Assembly (NCBI GenBank): GCA_963738625.1
Contig: CAVTXH010000003.1
Span: 196,110 to 260,109, forward strand
Reading direction: 5' to 3'
DNA: 64,000 nt
From: an uncultured Alphaproteobacteria bacterium
Lineage (GTDB): Bacteria; Pseudomonadota; Alphaproteobacteria; Caulobacterales; Hyphomonadaceae
Positions within the stretch are counted from its first letter, which is position 1; every line of letters begins with the position of its first letter. Shown piece by piece: positions 57,609 through 64,000 of the stretch. The notes beneath the pieces were generated by a model. It saw nothing but the letters and a program-made list of their open reading frames with translations, ran no database searches and had not been told where the DNA came from. Position numbers and translations under genes: made by a program.

Positions 57609-57637
57609 TGCTGCGAAATTGCTGCAAAGATGCTGCG
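57609..57637. promoter_or_regulatory. Three TGCTGC(G/A) direct repeats at 11-bp spacing in the phaB-phaR intergenic region (candidate PhaR operator)
   Basis: tgctgcg lies at 57609-57615, tgctgca at 57620-57626 and tgctgcg at 57631-57637. Confidence 0.4.
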
Positions 57638-57775
57638 CACGCGCTCGATGCCTCCGTATGTGTGTGCAGGTGCGTAAGGATCGTGCTACACATCAGACTG
57701 AACGCGATTTAATGTGGACCGTAAACGCAGCCGTCATCCGGGGGATGGGCAGGGCCAAGCGGCGGTTCCGGGGAG

Positions 57776-58450
57776 TTGAGCTTGACGCAAGCGAACGGCG
57801 CCGACGGCGAAAAGATCATCATCAAGAAGTACGCGAACCGGCGTCTCTACGACACTTCGGCCAGCGCCTATGTCACCCTCGACCACCTGTCCGAGCTTGT
57901 CCGTAACGGCAAGGAATTCCAGGTCCAGGACGCCAAGACCGGCGAGGACCTGACTCGCGCGGTCCTAGCCCAGATCATCTTCGACCAGGAGAACCGGAAA
58001 GAGGGCGTCCTGCCCGTCAGCTTCCTGCGCCAGCTGATCCAGTTCTATGGCGACAGCTTCCAGTCGATGCTGCCGGCCTATCTCGAGCTGTCGATGAAAA
58101 GCTATACGCAGCAGCAGGAGAAATGGCGCGAGTACATGCAGTCCGCGCTGGGCAGCGAGGAAAAGGCCAAGGCCTTCGAGGAACAGGTCCGCAAGAACAT
58201 GTCGATGTTCGAGGACACCTTGAAATTCTTCGCGCCCTTCGTCCCCCCCGGCATGCCTGGCGCTCTCAAACCGGAGGACAGCACCTCGTCCTCCCCGCCC
58301 CCGGCCGCCGACAAGCCAGCAGCAGCGCCCCCGACCGGCCTCGACGCCATCCGCGCGCTGCAGCATCAGATGATGGACATGCAGCGCCAGCTCGCCCAAC
58401 TGGCCACAGGCAGCTACACGCCCTCGACGGACAAGCCCAAGGACGCCTGA
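57776..58450 (+). CDS. phaR: Polyhydroxyalkanoate synthesis repressor PhaR
   Basis: IIKKYANRRLYDTSASAYVTLDHLSELVRNG...DLTRAVLAQIIFDQE is the canonical PhaR N-terminus. The start is TTG. Confidence 0.9.
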   Translation: MSLTQANGADGEKIIIKKYANRRLYDTSASAYVTLDHLSELVRNGKEFQVQDAKTGEDLTRAVLAQIIFDQENRKEGVLPVSFLRQLIQFYGDSFQSMLPAYLELSMKSYTQQQEKWREYMQSALGSEEKAKAFEEQVRKNMSMFEDTLKFFAPFVPPGMPGALKPEDSTSSSPPPAADKPAAAPPTGLDAIRALQHQMMDMQRQLAQLATGSYTPSTDKPKDA

Positions 58451-58570
58451 GGCGCGGCGCTGTTAGGACTTGGCTCGGGCACAGACCTGTTACGCCAAGG
58501 CGGTAACCCTGCTTCTCCCTGCAAATCGGCGTGAAATGAAACGCGGCGCAGCGCTTGCAGTTAGTGCTGT

Positions 58571-58843
58571 ATGCGCGTCGAACCCGCCCCGTACGTGTTC
58601 CGCAACGAAGACCGTCGCCGGCGGTTCGCCGAGCGGCGCACCGAAACGGAAGACCGCCGCACCGAAGCCAGCTCAGGTCCTCGCGCGCGGCACGCGGCCC
58701 ATGTCTGGTTCGCCCCCGCATTCGGCGCCCACCTGCTCGGCCAAGTCGCGCCGGAAAGGGTGATCCCCGCCCTTGCCCGCCGCGCCTACACCCAGCCGGA
58801 ATCGCGCACGCCGCTGCGCCCGCGCCATATGAAATCTGCCTGA
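58571..58843 (+). CDS. Hypothetical small Arg-rich protein
   Basis: The 90-aa ORF has coding-like GC3 (MRVEPAPYVFRNEDRRRRFAERRTETEDRR...VWFAPAFGAHLLGQV...). I recognise no family. Confidence 0.4.
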   Translation: MRVEPAPYVFRNEDRRRRFAERRTETEDRRTEASSGPRARHAAHVWFAPAFGAHLLGQVAPERVIPALARRAYTQPESRTPLRPRHMKSA

Positions 58844-58857
58844 TTGAAGCCTGAGGC

Positions 58858-59241
58858 CTAGCGCCGGTCGATCTTCTGGATCGCCAGTTCGAGCAGCCGT
58901 TCCAGCCTGTCGAGCCGCTCGTGGATCCCGGAGATGACTTCGCGGGTGACGACGAATTCAGGCTCATCCGAACGGGACCGCATCGGTTGCATCGGCCGCA
59001 TCGGGGCGGCGTCAGCCGGTCCGGGATTGGCGACGCCAGACCGGTTGGCGACCTCCCGCGCGTCCGCGCCGAGGATACGGGCGATGGCGTGCACTTCGGG
59101 ACCTTCGAGTTCGCGCTGGTCGCGGAACACCATCTCGACTTCGTCGATGCTCATGCCGGCGGCCTGGGCGATTGAGACACGCGTGAGCCCTGCGGCCTTC
59201 AGCCGGTCGTCGAACCAATCCTGGTCGAAGAACAGTCCCAT
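58858..59241 (-). CDS. Hypothetical protein with an N-terminal HTH-like segment
   Basis: LTRVSIAQAAGMSIDEVEMVFRDQRE...EVHAIARILGADAREV resembles an XRE-like HTH. The C-terminus has a short coiled coil. Confidence 0.55.
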   Translation of the reverse strand: MGLFFDQDWFDDRLKAAGLTRVSIAQAAGMSIDEVEMVFRDQRELEGPEVHAIARILGADAREVANRSGVANPGPADAAPMRPMQPMRSRSDEPEFVVTREVISGIHERLDRLERLLELAIQKIDRR

Positions 59242-59308
59242 GCACTCACCACACTACGAGCCGATTGCGCGGCGAACACCAGCGCCCGCCAAGGCCAGCG
59301 GACCCGGA

Positions 59309-59776
59309 TCAGCGTCCCGTGACGCCGTCGCCGACGGTGAAGTCACGCCGCGCCGAGATGATGGTCACCACCACGCCGGCCAGCACGTCGAGCAGCGTCA
59401 TGATAGTGAGGATAAAGAACACCGACGTCGCGAAATTCTTCAGCAGCAGGAATTCGATCAGGCAGATGATGAACACCACCATCGACACCGCGTGGTTGGC
59501 GATGGTCGAGGCGCCGGTCGAGGTCGACTTCAGGATCTCAACGAAGAAGAAACACATAGACAGCACGACCAGAAGATCGCCGGAAGTGACGGCCCAGACC
59601 GCGCCTTCCGACACCATCGGGATGCGCGCGACAGCGAAGGCCGGATTGCCGATCTGGTCGGCCATGGTGCGGGCGACGCCGTTCGCATCGACCTCTCCGC
59701 CGAACGTAAACGCCATCAGATTGTAGATGATGACAGGAATGGCCAGCAGCGGGAAAATCCCGAAGATCGCTCGCAT
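59309..59776 (-). CDS. Hypothetical integral membrane protein (about 4 TM)
   Basis: The 155 aa from Met64 of the listed ORF contain the TM stretches IFGIFPLLAIPVIIYNLMAF, LLVVLSMCFFFVEIL, VSMVVFIICLIEFLLL and VFFILTIMTLLDVLAGVVV. Confidence 0.65.
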   Translation of the reverse strand: MRAIFGIFPLLAIPVIIYNLMAFTFGGEVDANGVARTMADQIGNPAFAVARIPMVSEGAVWAVTSGDLLVVLSMCFFFVEILKSTSTGASTIANHAVSMVVFIICLIEFLLLKNFATSVFFILTIMTLLDVLAGVVVTIISARRDFTVGDGVTGR

Positions 59777-59916
59777 TGGTGTTCCCCTTCGTGGCCCGCC
59801 CGCTCCGCCGCCCCTCTTGCGGAAGCGGTCTTCGACAGCGCCGATGCCGACAGCGGTACCCAAGATTCCGGCCAAATGAAAGCCCCTCTGAGCCGAGTCG
59901 ACCTGACGCAGGATGG

Positions 59917-60690
59917 CTAGATTTCGTCGATTCCACCGGGAGATTTGCGGCGGCGTCTGAGCCACATCACCCCGCGCATGTCGGATGCAGCATCCGCCAG
60001 GCGCCCGAAATTGGTGTAGTTGGAGCGGCCATGCTTGCGGGCGCGATGGCCCACGGCGCGCTCTTCCACCTCGAAGCCTTCAGAGATCATCAGAGCCGGC
60101 AGGTAGCGGTGCATATGATCGAAATAGGGAAGATGAATGTAAGCTTCGCGCTTGAAGGCGCGCGCGCCACAGCCGCTGTCCGGGCTCCCGTCCTTCAGGA
60201 TCGACCGGCGGACGGCGTTGGCGAATCTGGAGCCGAACTTCTTCCAGCCGCTGTCGGAACGTTTGGTGCGAGCGCCCTGCACAAGCGCAAGATTGGGCGG
60301 CGCATCGGCGCGCGTGAGCTGACCGGCGAGGCCAACAAGATCGGCCGGATCGTTCTGTCCGTCGCCATCGATGGTGACAATGACGCCTGAACGTGCAGCC
60401 AGCACGCCTGTGCGGACGGCGCGGCTCTGCCCGGCGTTCTTGCGGTGGCCGATGATGCGCAGATTGGGATACTTGTCCTTCATCTGGTGCAGCCGCGCCC
60501 GCGTGTCGTCTGTGGACGAATCGTCGACGAAAATCATCTCGTAGGCGCGGCCTGACAGAGTCTCGGCGATCTCCCTGACCAGGCCCTCGACATTGTCGGC
60601 TTCGTTGCGCACGGGCGCGACGACGCTGAATTCGGGGCGGCCTTCGACGCCGTTGGCCATGATCCTGTCCGTCAGAACTCTAGCATCCAT
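59917..60690 (-). CDS. GT2 family polyprenyl-phosphate glycosyltransferase (ArnC/GtrB/DPM1-like)
   Basis: FSVVAPVRNEADNV...MIFVDDSSTDDT...NAGQSRAVRTGV...IVTIDGDGQNDP are present. The start is uncertain (60690 or 60660). Confidence 0.85.
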   Translation of the reverse strand: MDARVLTDRIMANGVEGRPEFSVVAPVRNEADNVEGLVREIAETLSGRAYEMIFVDDSSTDDTRARLHQMKDKYPNLRIIGHRKNAGQSRAVRTGVLAARSGVIVTIDGDGQNDPADLVGLAGQLTRADAPPNLALVQGARTKRSDSGWKKFGSRFANAVRRSILKDGSPDSGCGARAFKREAYIHLPYFDHMHRYLPALMISEGFEVEERAVGHRARKHGRSNYTNFGRLADAASDMRGVMWLRRRRKSPGGIDEI

Positions 60691-60901
60691 GTAATGTCCT
60701 ATAGCCGGGCATGCGCTGCGTTGCGAGGGGGCCTGCCCACACGGCTCCACACGGGGCAGTGAGGCCTCAACGGCGCGGCGAACAATCCCGGCGACGGGTC
60801 TGCCAAAGGCCGGTATGGTCCGGCCAATCCGGTGCGCGAGCCCCCGAATCGGCCCGGCTGTGTGGGTTTGTCTGGGGTTGCCTGAGGTTTGTCCACCCGT
60901 G

Positions 60902-62833
60902 ATGGCGTCTTTCGACCGCTTCATCGAGACCCGCTGGGCCTACGGAGCCCTCGCAGCGATGGTCTTCATCCTGTCCCTGCCGGGGGTCTTCGCCATGCCA
61001 GTGATGGACCGGGACGAAGGCCGCTTTGCCGAGGCGAGCTCCGAGATGCTGGAGACCGGCGATTTCGTCGTGATCCGCTATCACGAGAACCTCCGCAACA
61101 AGAAGCCGGTCGGCATTCATTGGATGCAGGCGGCAAGCGTCGCCGCAACCGTCGGCGCCGAGGCGCGCGAAATCGCGGCCTATCGCCTGCCGTCCCTGCT
61201 GGGCGCGATTCTGGCCACGATGGCGACGCTCTGGTGCGGCTCGGCGCTGTTCACGCGTCGCGCGGCGTTCATCGGCGCGATGCTGATCGGCACGACGCTG
61301 CTGCTCACCGCCGAAGCGCACATCGCCAAGACGGACGCAGCGCAGTGCGGGTTCCTGGTGCTGGGCATGGGCGCCCTTGCGCAGATGCGGCGTGGGGCCG
61401 GCAAGTCGATGGGAGTGCTGTTCTGGTTCTGCCTCGCGGTCGGCGTGCTGCTGAAGGGCGTGATCGCGCCGATGGTGATGGGCTTCACGGTTGTCGGCCT
61501 GCTATTGTGGGAACGCAGGGCCGGCGTGTGGAATGCGGAGTGGGCAAAGCCTCTCCTCAGCTGGCTGGGCATCAGCCTGTTCTGCGTCATGACCATTCCG
61601 TGGTTCATCGCCGTGCAGATCGCGACGCAGGGCGAGTTCCTGTTCGAGGCCGCCGCCGTCGACCTCGGCCAGAAGATCGTGAGCGCAGCCGAGGGTCACA
61701 AGGGACCGCCGGGCGTACACCTCGCGGGGCTGCCGATCCTGTTCTGGCCGGGCACGCTTTTGCTGGTTCCAGGGATATGGCTTGCGATCTCCAACCTGAT
61801 CCACATGCGCAAGAACGGCGGGAGCAGCACGGGATTGGCCTGGGCGGATGAAGAAGCCGGAGCCTGGCGCTTCCTTGCGTGCTGGGTGGTGCCGGCATGG
61901 ATCGTGTTCGAGATCGCTCCGACCAAGTTGTTTCACTACACGCTGCCGATGTATCCGGCGCTGGCGCTGATGGCGGGGGCGGCGGCCGACAGATGGTTCT
62001 CGACCGACGAATGGGACAAGGGGCGTTGGACCTCGCTTGCGCTGTTCGCAGGCGTCAGCGCGCTGCTTGCAGCGCTGGCGACGCCATCGGTGCTTGCGAT
62101 GCTGCGCGCGGACGCCGCCAGCGATTTCGGTCCGGCGCTTGCCGACCGCGTGGCGTTTATGTGGAGCGAGGCGTGGAAAGCGACCGGCATAGGATTTTGG
62201 GTCAGCATCCTGATCGCGCTCGCCACGCTCGCAACGATCTACGCCTGGTGGCGGAAACAGCCGATGGGACTGCTGGTTGGCATCCTCGCCTGCTCCGCCG
62301 TCGGCGGGATCGGCTACCGCGCAGTCGTGCTGCCCAACCAGTCATGGATACTTTCAACCGGCGCGTCGCTCTCGGCGCTGAAGGAACTGTGCGCGCTGCC
62401 AGAAGGCACGGCGCAATGGAAGAAGTCCGGCTGCGAGAAGGATCCGAATGGCTTCCGGCCGCCCAAGATCGTGCGCGCAATTTCCTACGCCGAGCCCAGC
62501 CTGGTTTTCGAACTGGGCAATAAGATAACCTTGCCGCCGGTTTCGAAGCCGGTGATCCCCCCGGTCGCGGAAGACAACCGCCCGGCGTGGCTGATCAACA
62601 CGGGCGAGGAAGCGGGCCGCAAGGCGTTGGACGAACTGGTGGTCGCCGCCGCAGCCGCGGATCGCTGCATTCGCTTCGCGCGGCGCTATGCCTACAACTA
62701 TTCCAACGGCGACCCGTCCATCCTGGTTGCGGCGGTCGTCGAACCGGCAGGCTGCCCGTTGTCGGGCGCTCCGCCGCCGGAATTGCGTGAACGCAGCGAC
62801 GAAGATCCGGCCGAAGCCGTCCTGGAGAATTAG
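60902..62833 (+). CDS. GT39 / ArnT-like polytopic membrane glycosyltransferase
   Basis: The first-loop motif is PVMDRDEGRFAEASSEML. There are many TM helices, and the C-terminal soluble domain is about 140 aa. Confidence 0.85.
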   Translation: MASFDRFIETRWAYGALAAMVFILSLPGVFAMPVMDRDEGRFAEASSEMLETGDFVVIRYHENLRNKKPVGIHWMQAASVAATVGAEAREIAAYRLPSLLGAILATMATLWCGSALFTRRAAFIGAMLIGTTLLLTAEAHIAKTDAAQCGFLVLGMGALAQMRRGAGKSMGVLFWFCLAVGVLLKGVIAPMVMGFTVVGLLLWERRAGVWNAEWAKPLLSWLGISLFCVMTIPWFIAVQIATQGEFLFEAAAVDLGQKIVSAAEGHKGPPGVHLAGLPILFWPGTLLLVPGIWLAISNLIHMRKNGGSSTGLAWADEEAGAWRFLACWVVPAWIVFEIAPTKLFHYTLPMYPALALMAGAAADRWFSTDEWDKGRWTSLALFAGVSALLAALATPSVLAMLRADAASDFGPALADRVAFMWSEAWKATGIGFWVSILIALATLATIYAWWRKQPMGLLVGILACSAVGGIGYRAVVLPNQSWILSTGASLSALKELCALPEGTAQWKKSGCEKDPNGFRPPKIVRAISYAEPSLVFELGNKITLPPVSKPVIPPVAEDNRPAWLINTGEEAGRKALDELVVAAAAADRCIRFARRYAYNYSNGDPSILVAAVVEPAGCPLSGAPPPELRERSDEDPAEAVLEN

Positions 62834-63978
62834 CGCCGGAATCTCGCGCGCAGCATCAACGCGGCGGTGATGGCGGGACCGAGCATTGCCGCCACGGATT
62901 TCTCCGCCGGCGTCTCGGCGAATTTCTGGAAATACCGATTGAGCCCCGCCGCCTTGTGGCGCTCAACCGTGACGGACGGGCTGTCACTCGTGGCGCCATG
63001 GTGCAGCGCGGATGCGTGGGGCGTGTAGATCACCGATCCGCCATCCGCGTCTGCGCGGCGGCAGAGGTCGATGTCCTCGACATGTAGAAAATAGCCCTCG
63101 TCGAATCCACCCAGACGCTCGAACCCCGAACGCGAGAGATACATCAGGGCGCCGCTGACCGCGTCCATCGGCACAGGCCCGTCGGGCTGAGGTTCGCCGT
63201 TGCGATTGACGCTGACGAAGGCGGGATTGGTCGCCCTCAGCCAGCCGAGCCCCAGGAATGTCGCTGCGGCGGAAGCGAGCGTCAGCCGGCGCCGGCGGGC
63301 GCCGCGCTGCTCCTTGCCGTCCTCCCCGAAAATCCTGCCCCCTACGATGATCGGTTCGGCGAAGTTGGCCCGCGCCGCCTCCAATGCCCCGACCGATCCC
63401 GGCTGCAGGATGGCGTCGGGGTTGATGATCAGCAGGCGCGCGCCTCTTGCCTTCGACACGCCGAGGTTCACCCCGGCGGCGAAGCCGCGGTTCTCTCCGC
63501 CGCCGGTGATCTTCAGCTTGATCGACTGCGCCGCGAGTTCATCGAGACGCCACAGCGTCTCCTGCGGATTGCCATTGTCGACCACAACGATCTCGTCGAC
63601 CGCTGGGTCCAGCTCAAGCGCCTTCAGGCATTCGAATAGGACATCGCCGGTGCGGTAGCTGACAACGATGGCCGAGACGCCCGGGTTCCCCGGAGCGCCT
63701 GCATCCACGGCAGGGGCGTTGTGCAGTTCCTCGGCGGCATACTCCTTCACGGCGTGGAGCAATTCGCGGACTTCAGCCGCAACTTTCTCCATCGATCCAT
63801 CCGGCTGCATGCGCGCGCGCCAAAAGTCGGCGGCGAACTTCAGAGCAGGCTTCAGGATATCGGGAAGGTCGCCAGCCTTGTCCAGCTCCTTCAGGATAGG
63901 GTCGAGATTGTCGGCCAGACGCCGCACCTCGTCCGGGGGCAGGCTATCCACCTTCACCACGCTGATCGCGCGCATCAA
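62830..63978 (-). CDS. GT2 family glycosyltransferase
   Basis: VSAIVVSYRTGDVLFECLKAL...IVVVDNGN...NRGFAAGVNLG...HVEDIDLCRR is the typical GT2 (rhamnosyltransferase-like) pattern. Its stop overlaps the GT39 stop by 4 nt. Confidence 0.85.
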   Translation of the reverse strand: MMRAISVVKVDSLPPDEVRRLADNLDPILKELDKAGDLPDILKPALKFAADFWRARMQPDGSMEKVAAEVRELLHAVKEYAAEELHNAPAVDAGAPGNPGVSAIVVSYRTGDVLFECLKALELDPAVDEIVVVDNGNPQETLWRLDELAAQSIKLKITGGGENRGFAAGVNLGVSKARGARLLIINPDAILQPGSVGALEAARANFAEPIIVGGRIFGEDGKEQRGARRRRLTLASAAATFLGLGWLRATNPAFVSVNRNGEPQPDGPVPMDAVSGALMYLSRSGFERLGGFDEGYFLHVEDIDLCRRADADGGSVIYTPHASALHHGATSDSPSVTVERHKAAGLNRYFQKFAETPAEKSVAAMLGPAITAALMLRARFRR

Positions 63979-64000
63979 GTCGCCGGAGGTTGCGGGGCCG

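Overview
GC-rich sequence with strong GC3 bias and many long antisense shadow ORFs. Gene content and synteny look alphaproteobacterial, Hyphomicrobiales/Rhizobiales-like: tlpA<>argH-lptM-like-lysA-TIGR02302-type protein, ftsEX, chorismate mutase-hisC-tyrC <> metXW, phaB<>phaR. I support about 65 protein-coding genes, most of them core metabolism or cell-envelope functions. I found no rRNA, tRNA, CRISPR array, transposase or integrase. Accessory-looking content falls into a few patches. (1) 7.4-10.5 kb holds a Gram-negative (class GN) sortase with its VIT/vWA target protein. (2) 13.5-18.4 kb is a same-strand block: patatin-like phospholipase, YjbR/MmcQ-like protein, a 685-aa nucleotidyl-cyclase / cNMP-binding / TIR fusion protein, and a DUF1194 vWA-like protein. 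(3) 20.3-22.3 kb holds higBA plus a repeat-rich non-coding region. (4) 25-27.7 kb holds small genes and a DUF559 endonuclease gene bracketed by structured repeats. My best candidate for an undescribed system is the single-polypeptide cyclase-CNB-TIR protein (15279..17336, minus strand). It combines Pycsar-like signal-generation, sensing and TIR effector modules in one protein and sits next to a patatin lipase. Other points are two single-base frameshifts (TMEM175-like channel, DJ-1/PfpI gene), a truncated VOC fragment, three intergenic repeat families with hairpin architecture, a FIST-histidine kinase pair, a MORN protein with two tandem periplasmic paralogs, and a Co-type nitrile hydratase operon whose alpha subunit has a His/Asp-rich N-terminus. 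All calls come from reading the translations and the DNA. No database search was run.
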